Made by a program: the position numbers and the translations under genes. Under the pieces are notes generated by a model. It was given only the letters and a program-made list of their open reading frames with translations. It was not told the DNA's origin and ran no database searches. A DNA stretch of 63,879 nucleotides, the filler included, from Octopus bimaculoides (taxonomy: Eukaryota), in assembly GCF_001194135.2 (NCBI RefSeq). It is 6 parts of 5 records of this genome, joined end to end, with 100 filler letters (N's around TTAATTAATTAA, not from the genome) between each part and the next. Parts side by side here need not be neighbours in the genome. Positions count along the whole stretch, not along the records: positions 46,510 to 62,327 come from NC_068989.1; positions 62,428 to 63,879 come from NW_026421627.1; 4 more parts are not named here. One strand, 5' to 3'. Of this stretch, positions 53,346-63,879 are shown piece after piece (the stretch's first letter is position 1; each line of letters starts with the position of its first letter).

Positions 53346-54229
53346 GGAAAATGAAGAGAACCACTTACCCAAACTCTTTCGAGAGACAGTTGTTCTGTCC
53401 TTCTGGCTATTTGTGGGTGTCTCCACAAGCTTTTCTTTCTAGAGCCTTTTGTTTATGGTCCCACATAAATCTCCCATTAATTTGAAATATTTTGTCTTCA
53501 GTTTGTTGCTTTTGCGCGTTGCTTTTATAATATTTATGTGAATAGAGTTGTTATATGGGGATGTGATGTATTCATTAAGTAATGTCTGTGCATTTTTAAT
53601 ATGTTTTAAGTTATTGATTTTTGTGCCTGTAACCGTGTAGTTAGTGATGCTTTTGGAGTGCTGTTCATATTATTGCTATGTATTTTCTTTTGTTGAAGTG
53701 TTTGTAATGTTGGTGGAGATTGTAGTATTGGAGATGTTTGTTGGAAGTGTTTGTAGTGTTGGAGATGTAGCGTTGGAAATGTTTGTGGAGTTGGTGTTGG
53801 GGACCGTGGTGGAGGTTGTGATTGCGTCATTTTTAAATACTTTGCTCTTCGCTGCTGCTGCTGCTTCTGTTGCTGTTGTTGTTGTTGCTGCTGTTTGTGC
53901 TTCGTTTTACGACCAGATCAACTAGTGGTGGGAGAACAATGTCACACCGGCTATTCCAACAGCCATAGCTTCCTTCGATTTGGGAAGCCATACAGAATTT
54001 TTTTGTTGTTTTAAAATATTGAACTTGCAATTTTAAATCTCAAAATTAGTCCTTGGAGTAATGTACAAAGGAAAGTTTGACGAACGGAGACAGGGAGAAT
54101 AAGGAGTGAAAACTTTAATAGAATACCAAAACGATCAATAAAAACTCGTTTTATTATTGGTCTGTTTGATACACTTTAAGTGGAGATCATAAAGATTGAA
54201 GTTGTAGTTGAGAAAAAGTTAGCTGACAT

Positions 54230-55334
54230 GGTGGTCTGGGAGCTATCTGTACACTGGAAAAGAGTAGCATGTATCATGGTGATTCGCATTGGGTTTCAAG
54301 ATGCCGACATCAAGGGCGCTGCTCAATGCTCTGAGAACACTGTGAATGTTGTAAGACGTAACATGGACAGCTGCAACAGAGACTACAAAGCTGTAGCTAG
54401 TAGGACGGAGCACAGCAGGCGTTCTGACTGTGTACGTACGCTGCAATTTGTCCAACAACTACAGAACAAGATGATGAAAGATCTGAGCAAGGGAATCTTG
54501 GCTTTGGTGAGAGAGATTGGAGGAGTCGCTCCCATGAAGCTGGTCGTGAATAAGGGCATTCGCTATCACTCGTACTGGAGGCGCAAAAGACAAATTCGGA
54601 TAGCCAATGCCAAGAGGAACCGTTTGACAGAAGGAAATAAGCTTCTGAACAAGCTGAGAATCTTATTGATCCGGGGATGTTCTTGTTGTTCTCAGATGAA
54701 AAGACCTTCTGCAAGGACAAGTTGCATAAGATCCGGTACAACAGGTGGCTTACCTACAATCCATGTAATGTCCCACGTATCAGGAAAATTAAGATTCCCC
54801 CAAACCGTGGCGATCTTTGAGGGTAACGTCATGCTGCCCCACATCTTTGAACAGGGTCTTAGACTTAATTCAGACGGCTATGTGATGCTGCTGGAGACTG
54901 TGGTCAATCCTAGCTACAGAGGACTGCTGATAGAAGGTCATATTTGTATGACAGTAGGACTCAGCACCTTACCACACCTCCAGAAAGAGTCAGAAGTGCT
55001 TATCAGAAAATTTTTACGACCACAACAGCCCGTGTTTCTGACCTCCTAATTCCCCGATTGTAATCTACAACACCAAGGCCGAACTGGTGGCCAAGATCAA
55101 GGAGGTGTTTGAAGATCTCCCCGTGGATACAGTGAGGAAAGCACGCACCAGGTTCTGGAACCGTCTTGAGGCCGCAGTGGAAGCTGAGGGCGGTTACTTA
55201 GTGCAAACTGTTATCTCCCAGTCGTAATTAAATTAATAATTTTTTGATCTTCTTAAGATAATTTTATTTTTGGATGGGGTATTGTGTCTTCTTTTCCTTT
55301 TATGCAAACTGTCCAATTTAGTCCTAACACCCTG
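54230..55334 (+). mobile_element. Decayed Tc1/mariner transposase, maT/DD37D-like
   Basis: ORF 54180..55049 with GNVMLPHIFEQGLRLNSDGY and F*PPNSPDC; right terminus ...ACACCCTG|TA. No left TIR found. Confidence 0.8.
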
Positions 55335-55588
55335 TATACAACTCCTCAGCAGTCACGTCATATTGTAATGAAAGTAAACCGACGTACAAGAATAAGTAAT
55401 TACGGGTAATTTAGATGGTACATTTTGAATTTTTTAAAATACTTTTATTTATCCAAATTACATATAAACAAGACAGTCGATTTTCACCTCCCCTCCGGTG
55501 TATTTTGTCAGCATCACTTTAATCTAGTAATGTTACATACAAAAGTTACATGTTTCTAGCTTGTTTGACATCACGTCTTGATTATGTA

Positions 55589-55835
55589 TTGGGTTGGTGC
55601 ATAACTATTGCGGCTTTTTTTAAACAAATTTTATTCAGGAAAAATAATAACAATATTTAACAAAAATATCTTTAAATGACGGTCTGACCGTCTGCCAAGC
55701 AAATGGGAAGCAATAATTGAAGTAGATGGTAAATATGCTCCAGAATAATCATTTAAACATGTTTTATTACATAATATTGCTTTTGTTGAATAAAATTTGT
55801 TGAAAAAAAGCCGCAATAATTATGCACCAACCCAA
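55589..55835 (+). mobile_element. Mariner-derived MITE (247 bp) with ~45-bp near-perfect TIRs
   Basis: TA|TTGGGTTGGTGCATAACTATTGCGGCTTTTTT...AAAAAAAGCCGCAATAATTATGCACCAACCCAA|TA. The interior encodes RLPSKWEAIIEVDGKYAPE* (transposase C-terminus). Confidence 0.96.
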
Positions 55836-56169
55836 TAATTTGCATTATGTAGCTAGTAAACACTTTATGTTAATGAAACTACGTAAGATGGTCACTAATT
55901 ATCTTAAACAATCTCGCATGTTTTGTTTTGTTTTCTACATATACTCAATTAGTGACACAACTTGTTGAGTATATATATATGCATCTATAAGTGATACAGC
56001 TACAATAAACGAAATTAAATACACACGTTCAAAATACTGCTTGTTTGTTGAATGAGAAATACAGGTTGATATTCAAATGAAAGATGACAGTATCGTGGAA
56101 TTAGAGTTGCGAGACAAACTTCCAGCTTCAGTTTCAATAAAAGAAAATTATATATGTGGTCTGATCAAG

Positions 56170-56600
56170 TGTACGAGTGAGTCATTCGTTTCTAGGATGG
56201 TAGAAAAAATGTAGATATTGACGAACGTTCTGGGAGACCCACAATCAGAACTGAAACCGAACCGAACTGAAACCGAACTGAAAAATACATTGCAGATGTG
56301 CATGCAGCTGTGAGAGGAATCGTTGAATCACCAACCGCGAGTTATCAGAGGATGTGCAGATTAGTTACAGTTCAGTTCAGTCCATTATCACTGAAGATTT
56401 GGGTATGAGATATGTGTCAAAACTGTTTTCAGCTGACCAAAAGACACGAGCATCAGTTGCACAAGATTTCCTTGATTGTGTCGAGAACGATGAAAACTTT
56501 CTGAAAACTTTGCGTAGGCCTCTAAGCAGGTATCGCCAAGCTTTTGGCAAAATTTGATGCAGATCCTCTACTCAACTTCTATGTCATGGTCAATGCGACG
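56170..56600. pseudogene. Rearranged mariner: plus-strand middle fused to an inverted N-terminus
   Basis: Plus strand DERSGRPT...SVQSIITEDLGMR...DCVENDENFLKT; minus strand 56505-56580 VE*RICIKFCQKLGDTCLEAYAK. Confidence 0.8.
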
Positions 56601-56784
56601 ATCACACGCTATACACCTTCCTTCCAAGCACTGCTGTAAACAGCGGAAGTGAGCTAGGATGTTAAAACTAAGTGTGCAGGCACAGAAGAGTTCAAGATTA
56701 AGCTGTGCCAAGCGGCTTCACTCTGCATGTTTTAATTTCGTCACTATGGCAACAGTCCGGATACTCATTGAACAGACCACGTAT

Positions 56785-57392
56785 AACAATACAATGAAAC
56801 AGTCGATTAGATTCTATTTGTCTCCTGGTTTTATATAACGATTATAGTTTCTTTATTTTTTCTTTTAGTAACACGAGAAATGTGTAGCCACTCCTTAAAA
56901 ACGTCAACATCTGCTTGGATAATTCCATCGCTTTTGCATATGTCTTCTATTAATGATTTTTATCATTTAAAATGAAACATCTACATAGAGACTTTATTAC
57001 TGGAATACGAAGATATACTTCACAAGGCACAGCTTGGGGTATAATCCTTACTATGTGTGTGTATGCATGTATGTATGTATACACACACATGCGCGCGTGC
57101 ACAGGTGTTCCTCTTCGAGCAAGATATAAATTTATGATGTATGGTACGTTACTGTCTCCTTTTGGATGAATTTCTTTCCTTTGTTAATAATAGGTATTGA
57201 CAAACAATACAATGTATTGTTATACAAACAATACAATGAAACGTTCGATTAGATTCTATTAACTATCACCTGGTTTTATATTACGATTATAGTTTCTTTC
57301 TTTTTTTTTTTTTTCTTCAGTAACACAAGAAATGTGTAGCCACTCCTTAAAAACGTCTACATCTACTTAGACAATTTCGTCGCTTTTGCATG
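56785..57392 (+). repeat. ~160-bp local direct duplication (56785-56945 and 57228-57392)
   Basis: ACAATACAATGAAAC...GATTAGATTCTATT...AAATGTGTAGCCACTCCTTAAAAACGTC occurs in both copies. Confidence 0.92.
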
Positions 57393-57470
57393 TCTTTTAA
57401 AAGACAGATGTCTACTTAGAATACATCAAGGTATTTTGGCTTCAAATGAAACGATGAAAGAGAAAATATA

Positions 57471-57687
57471 ATTCTTTTCTGCTGTAAGCACAAGGCCCGA
57501 AATTTTGGGGCAGGAGGCCAGTCGATAAGATCGACCCCGGTACGCAACTGGTACATAATTTATCGACCCGGAAGGATGAAAAGCAAAGTCGACCTCGGCG
57601 GAATTTGAACTCAAAAACGTAATGACAGACGAAATGCCGCTAAGCAATTCGCCCGGCGTGCTAACGTTTCTGCCAGCTCACCGCCTT
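57471..57687 (-). mobile_element. Family-A SINE, full length and little diverged
   Basis: Complete motif set. Confidence 0.94.
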
Positions 57688-58202
57688 GAGAAAATAATAT
57701 AATTGTTACGCAACTATTATTTTAGCTAATTATAATACAATTATTTTCTTCTTAAACCATTTACAGAATTGTATTTCTTCTCTATCAGGTTTGTTCTTAG
57801 CGCTGGATTTTCTACAAGCTTCAACGACTATTTTGGATTCTACCAGTGTGTGATATAACTGCAAACAAAGGAATGGTAGTAAAAACTGTGATACAAAAGT
57901 ATTCTGCTTTAAATCTCATTACCAGAATTTATTTCCATTAAGAGAAAAAAGAACAAGGTAAATATATATATTTTTTAATGGTTTATCAGCAATTATTAAT
58001 GTTTTTATTTAAAAATTTGCAACTCAAGATTTGTTGCAATAAAGCACAATATTAAATTCTTGATAGCGTAATCAACTACATTGTCTCCTGTATGTTGCTA
58101 TTATTTCATATGTAAATTGTGGTAAACTGTAAAACTGAACTCATGTGATCAAGAAATTATTACAAACGCTCAAATGTAACATTTCTCTATCACAGGCATA
58201 AA

Positions 58203-59184
58203 AAATAAAACAAACGAAAACGGGCACTCGCGAATATAAACAAACATGTCGGACGATACGAGGTGGGGGTAACTTACTTTGGTAATCTTCAAGTTTAGGG
58301 GGATAAAAAAAAAATATTCAAGGGAAGTAACTGAACGTCTTACCAGTATTCTCCGTACATCTTTGTATATAAATAAATCACACACGTGATTTGATTGACG
58401 TTAGGGTTAGGGTTAGGATTAGGGTGTGATTTATTTATAAACAGCTAGAAGAAAACGGATAATACTGGTAAGTCGTTCAGTTATTTCCCTTGAATATTTT
58501 TTAAATTTTTTTTATCCCCCTAAACTTGAAGATTACCACTCAGATATTATTAATGATACGAGGGGCCCGACAATATCGTTTGCAAATTCTTGATTGTTTT
58601 TAATCAGATTTTTTACTGCGCACATTGGTTATGGTTAGTTTTATTGTTAGGGTTAAGGTTAGTTTTAGGGTTAGGGTTAATTTCAGGATTAGGATTAGGG
58701 TTAGGGTTTATTTTAGGGTTAGTTTTGGGGTTAAGGTTAACGTTAGTTTTAGGGTGAGGTGATGTGCACTCGCTTTACCGTCGCCCATTTTAAGATGTGA
58801 TATACGACAGAAATAATTATAAAACAATACAGTAAATATGTTTAAGACGTATGCAAGTTTTGTTATTTTTATTTTTGTTTTCAGTTTACAGAGAAAATAA
58901 ATTACAGAACATATAACTCAGTGACTATTTGGCCCCTCGTATCATTAATAATACCTGACGGGTAAAAGTAAATGACCTCCCCTTGTATCGTCCGACATGT
59001 TTGTTTATATTCGCGAATGTCCGTTTTCCGTTTGTTTAATTTTTAGTATAAAATATTTAAAAATAGATGAATCTTCTTAGTTTTTTGCATACTTCATTTA
59101 TTTTGGATATATTTCTCATTTTTCTAACTTTTTTTTACAAGTAAGTGTCATTTTTTTGGAGAGGTGCGCTTCTAAAGAAGCGCC
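58203..59184. mobile_element. Long-TIR fold-back element with a TTAGGG-like core
   Basis: 58203-58280 plus 58538-58567 is inverted relative to 58931-59045; degenerate TTAGGG array at 58646-58756. Confidence 0.85.
58281..58537. mobile_element. 257-bp palindromic element nested in the left arm of the fold-back element
   Basis: ~70-bp arms GGTAATCTTCAAG... / ...CTTGAAGATTACC; inner perfect 16-bp IR (58368-58383/58424-58439); the loop contains TTAGGGTTAGGGTTAGGATTAGG. Confidence 0.88.
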
Positions 59185-60304
59185 ATATTTTGTCCTCCAT
59201 TTTTAAGGAAGAGATAAAATATATTTTCCTTTCTTTCATATATTACTTCTTTTCTCACCGTGGTGTTCAAGTTTAAAAGTTATAAACCATCTTAATTTTG
59301 TCAAAAAGCAATTTATTTACCTGTCCCTTCTCCGTGAGAGTTTGCTCCTTTCCTTGAGGCCCACTTCTTTCCATGGAACCTGCACCTCTATGAGTAATAT
59401 CTGCATATCATAACTTTCTAATTCTTACAATCCTAAACAAAATATCCTCGTCACAAATAGTTTCAATAAAGAAAATAAAAATACGTCGGACAAATTGCAT
59501 TGCGGTATTTAGCTAAGATTTACTACGCTCTCAAATTCCACCCAGGTCAAATTTACCTTTCATCCTCCCGGCGTTGATAACATAAATACGAACCAATCAA
59601 ATACCGGGTCGATTTCATTGAGTGCAACCTCTCACAAAGTGTATGACTTTTATGTTATGTATTTACTTGTTGGAAAATATTATCACTATGTCGGTAAAGA
59701 TCGCGAGCTCACAGAACTGTTAAAACGTCAGATGAAATGCTTAGTGACATTTCTCTTCGCGTTGTAATTTCAAATTTCCCTGTAGTCAACTTAGTCTTTC
59801 ACTCCCTCCGAAATACGGACCAAGCAGTTGACCCTATGCGTCAAACTTTGAAAGTATTATCACTTTGTTAAAACGACTTACTGGTAAAACCTTTAGAGCA
59901 CATTTGGAAAAAATTGCATAGCATTATTTCTTCCCGCTCTTTACATTCTGAGCTCAAATCCCATCAAGAACAACTTATCCTTTCAGGGCCAATAAAGTTA
60001 AGTACTGGAGTCGAAAGTATTGACTGTACCCTGACTTCAAAATTGCTGGGTTCATGTCTCAATAAAACAGTAACATCACTGTTTCGGTAAATAGCAGAAG
60101 CAGTGAAACGCCTGACAAAGTACTTTAAATCACTTAGTGGTGATCCTTTAGGACCTAAGTTGAACATCGAGTACATACGTCCGATTTTGGGTCGATTTTG
60201 AGTCAAATATAAGAAATCAACTTTATAATTCCATTTTTCTAATGTTAGAAAGTCGAGTTCAAAATATAATGCAACCAGAAAATCAGATAATATTAATTTC
60301 TCGT

Positions 60305-60508
60305 AAAGCGGCGAACAGGCAAAATTGTTAGCATGCCGGGGAAAATGCTTAGCAGCATTTCGTCCGTCTTTACATTCTGCCTTCAAGTGTCGATGGGGTT
60401 GACTTTGCCTTTCTTCCTTTCGTGGTCGATAAAATAAGTATCAGCTGAACACTGGGGTCGATCTAACTGACTTAGCCGCTCCCCAAAAACTGTTAGCCTT
60501 GTGCTAAA
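60305..60508 (+). mobile_element. Family-A SINE (further decayed remnants at 59480-60060)
   Basis: Motif match. Confidence 0.88.
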
Positions 60509-61040
60509 NNNNNNNNNNNNNNNNNNNNNNNNNNNNNNNNNNNNNNNNNNNNNNNNNNNNNNNNNNNNNNNNNNNNNNNNNNNNNNNNNNNNNNNNNNNN
60601 NNNNNNNNNNNNNNNNNNNNNNNNNNNNNNNNNNNNNNNNNNNNNNNNNNNNNNNNNNNNNNNNNNNNNNNNNNNNNNNNNNNNNNNNNNNNNNNNNNNN
60701 NNNNNNNNNNNNNNNNNNNNNNNNNNNNNNNNNNNNNNNNNNNNNNNNNNNNNNNNNNNNNNNNNNNNNNNNNNNNNNNNNNNNNNNNNNNNNNNNNNNN
60801 NNNNNNNNNNNNNNNNNNNNNNNNNNNNNNNNNNNNNNNNNNNNNNNNNNNNNNNNNNNNNNNNNNNNNNNNNNNNNNNNNNNNNNNNNNNNNNNNNNNN
60901 NNNNNNNNNNNNNNNNNNNNNNNNNNNNNNNNNNNNNNNNNNNNNNNNNNNNNNNNNNNNNNNNNNNNNNNNNNNNNNNNNNNNNNNNNNNNNNNNNNNN
61001 NNNNNNNNNNNNNNNNNNNNNNNATATATATATATATATA

Positions 61041-61492
61041 TTGTCACCAAATATGACTAGGGTAAGAGCTAAAGTTGCATGATTGTATTTAGTGACGGTT
61101 ATAGTTTTCCACATTGCACACAGCTGTCTATATTAATTTTTTGTATGCACATTAGCGATTCGCTAAAACATCCATAGATTTTGATGGTGAATACATATGT
61201 AATGACAGAGAATTAAGTCTAAAATCAGTCGAATCAGCGGTCCCTACTGATGAGGCTACGGAATTAGCCGAAACTGACCGATCAGTAGAGGGAATTTTAG
61301 GGTGTTTTAGGGTGATTACAGTCGATGTCAGAACATATGTATACAATAATTATGTGCTTTAACTACAGCATTGGAGCTTCTCAGCTCTTATTTCTAGCAA
61401 TGTAGGTGTTGTAGCACCCTAGTCACATTTAGTGACAAAGTATAGTTTTCCTTTTTGGTAACACATTGCACACAGTTGTCTATATTAATTTC
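61041..61492 (+). mobile_element. Candidate non-LTR retrozyme: ~340-352-bp monomer, partial tandem copy and inverted end fragment, between (TA)n tracts
   Basis: Direct repeat 61087-61140 vs 61427-61490; inverted repeat 61041-61063 vs 61416-61438 (21/23); HHR in the middle. Confidence 0.7.
61241..61293 (+). ncRNA. Canonical type I hammerhead ribozyme
   Basis: TCCCTA-CTGATGA-GGCTA cggaat TAGCC-GAAA-CTGA ccga TCAG-TA-GAGGGA. All core nucleotides present; helix II 5/5, helix III 5/5, helix I 5 bp with an A.G mismatch at 2.1/1.1; predicted cleavage after GUA at 61287. Confidence 0.93.
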
Positions 61493-61493
61493 A

Positions 61494-61526
<33 letters not shown>

Positions 61527-62081
61527 ATACACGCGTGCGCGCGCACACACAAGCATACACATATAAATACTTTTTTGATAAATCACCTCAATAACTTGTC
61601 TTTGCTGTCATCGGAAAAGCCACATCTGGCATATCGCTATTTATATATTCACAATGTATTTCAGTACCCACCTTTCTACCTGCTGTCGTAAAACGTGTCT
61701 CACAAGCAGTTTTAGCATTTTCGTACATTTAGATTTTAGAATTAGGCTTTTACAAGACTGGTTATAAAAATACATAAACACTGGACAGTCGCAAGAAACG
61801 AAGGAAGAGGCAAAAGGCGGCAGAAGAGAAAGAGAAGGAAAGGAAAAGAGACATGCCTAACAAAAAATGTGCCTCCCCTCCACCCACTAATACAGACTTA
61901 GTTTCTTTATAACTTTCAGAAAAATGGATATTTCTGAATGAAATTTCCTACAAATATCTTTCAGATGTTGTAGATTCCAATTATATCACAATTTAGTTCT
62001 ATATTTAAGAGATGAGGAACTATGTACATTATTTACATTATTTACGATTGACGGATATTTGTCCTCATCTTGTTTGTTGTT

Positions 62082-62127
62082 AACACAGCGTTTCGGCTGA
62101 TATACCCTCCAGCCTTCATCAGGTGTC
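62082..62127 (-). ncRNA. Penelope-type minimal hammerhead with a U16.1-to-C change, in a ~200-bp repeat (61990-62190)
   Basis: Minus strand GACAC-CTGATGA-A-GGCTG gagggtatat CAGCC-GAAA-CG-CT-GTGTT. Helix II 5/5, helix I 5 bp; ACGC is one change from the ACGT palindrome. Confidence 0.75.
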
Positions 62128-62976
62128 TTGGCGAAATTTCGAACCTGGGTTCTCATTCCTAAGGTATTTTTCGATGTTATTATTATTATTATTATTATGC
62201 TGTTTTTTTTTTCTTCTTTCTTCAAATTTTCTTCCATTTCTCGCTGAGTGTTTTCCGTACACCTAGGGCAGAGAAATCCATTGTATGCATTCCCAGTTTA
62301 CACACGCAAATTCACAGGTAAAATATGNNNNNNNNNNNNNNNNNNNNNNNNNNNNNNNNNNNNNNNNNNNNTTAATTAATTAANNNNNNNNNNNNNNNNN
62401 NNNNNNNNNNNNNNNNNNNNNNNNNNNTATTTCAAGTTTCATTTCTACAAAACAAACCTTTTGAAATTTTGTTGCATCTAGGGACAGTCATTATGCACTG
62501 GTTCAATTCCACTCCTCTATTATTAGTCAGTTGGCTAAATATCCTACTAACTAATCAATTGTTTGTTTAATTTGGTTAAACAGTAAGTCGTTTATTTTGT
62601 TTTTGTTTGTCAAATCTCTTTCATTGCTACTTGCAACCTTTTGACTTAGTCCATTACGGAAGCTGCATTTGCTTGAGATTTTGTTACATGCATGTGTGCA
62701 TGTACCAGTGTATATGTGTGTATATGTGTATGCATGTGTGTATGTATATATTTTGTGTATTCATGTGTCTGCGTGCTTGTGTGTTTGTGTGTGTGTGTCT
62801 TTGCATATGAGTTTGTGTATGCACATGCACCTGTTGTATATGCATGTGTGCCCTATATATGTCTGTGTGTATGTGTCTGTGTGGAGTGTGTGTGTATGGT
62901 CATGTGTTTCTGTCTCCTTGTGTGTATGTGTGCTTTTGTGTGGGTGTATGTTTGTGTTTGTCTGTATAACCTATGT

Positions 62977-63460
62977 ACCTACCTTCCTCATGGAGAATTA
63001 ACCCATAGATTTAGGAATGCTCTGAATGACATTAAACTCAACATTAAGATCATTGAGAAGCCAGAGAGTTCCATCAGATCACAATTATTGTATTTGAAAA
63101 TACTGCATGCACTAATGAGAACTGTGTAGTATGTAAGTTTAACTCCAGTATTAACTGTAAAACTAGGAACATAGTCTTCAACATAAGGTGCATGGAAGGA
63201 GTTTGTAAGGACAGAAACATGGCATGCATTGAGACCTCTAGGAGTATAGCAGAGAGACTAAGCGAGCACTGGAGAAAATATAAGGACAAGAAACAGTCGT
63301 CCATATTCTATCAACATGCCAAAGACCAACATAGCAGCACACTGGGCTGNNNNNNNNNNCCATATTCTATCAACATGCCAAAGACCAACATAGCAGCACA
63401 CTGGGCTGAATCACATTTTGTCCAAACACCCAAAGGACCCATCACTTAGACATATACAAG
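62977..63460 (+). pseudogene. Penelope-like element C-terminal fragment (linker plus GIY-YIG endonuclease)
   Basis: TYLPHGELTHRFRNAL...IKIIEKP, then CKTRNIVFNIRCMEGVCKD...IETSRSIAERLSEHWRKY, resembling the C..N.VY.I.C..C...YIGET.R...R..EH pattern. Confidence 0.75.
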
Positions 63461-63879
63461 AGTATGTCCTCATAAATGAAACATTACCTATACTAATTAG
63501 GAAATACACATAGAAAGTAGAGATACCCCAGTGCCACATATGCCACCCACACAGCATGCATACATAGGTACATTCATAAGTAGGCAGTCAAGTAGGTAAA
63601 TAGGTAGGTAGGTAGGTTGATAGGTAAGTAGATAGGCTTTAGGTGGCTAGGTCAGTTATGTAGGTTGTTAGTTGCTTAGTTAATTATGTAGGTAGGTAGA
63701 TAGATAGATAGATAGATAAGTAAGTAGGTAGAAAGATAGATAGGTTGGTATGTACGTACATGCATAGGAAGGTAGTATGGACCTGCACACACATACACAA
63801 GAAGACAGAAACACATGACCATACACACACACGCTCCACACATGCATACACAACAGGTGCACATCCATATACACACAAA

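Noticed and set aside
58646-58756. TTAGGG-like tract as a chromosome end or fusion scar
   Set aside because: Short, degenerate, single orientation and enclosed by transposon-like inverted arms.

Overview
Repeat-saturated eukaryotic scaffold, AT-rich, with many microsatellites and N gaps. From my recollection of its SINE sequences it most resembles an Octopus (coleoid cephalopod) assembly; this was not checked by search. I can support no host protein-coding gene, so it looks intergenic or deep-intronic. Nearly all long ORFs in the supplied track are microsatellite or N-gap artefacts. Recognisable content: many copies of two tRNA-headed SINE families; decayed Tc1/mariner transposases of several lineages and four ~220-250 bp TA-flanked MITEs; L1/Tx1-type LINE pieces (endonuclease, RT, 3' end); R4/Dong-type LINE pieces; a Penelope GIY-YIG fragment; and nested fold-back elements with TTAGGG-like cores. 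The unexpected signal is seven hammerhead-ribozyme (HHR) motifs from about six unrelated repeat families. Two have an intact catalytic core. One (61241-61293) is a canonical type I HHR inside a structured ~340-350 bp monomer with a partial tandem copy, i.e. a candidate non-LTR retrozyme/circRNA element. The other (35462-35506) is a minimal dimer-type HHR with a palindromic helix III at the tip of a long rod; a near-identical second copy sits at 18.9 kb. All structures were paired by eye; none were computed or tested.
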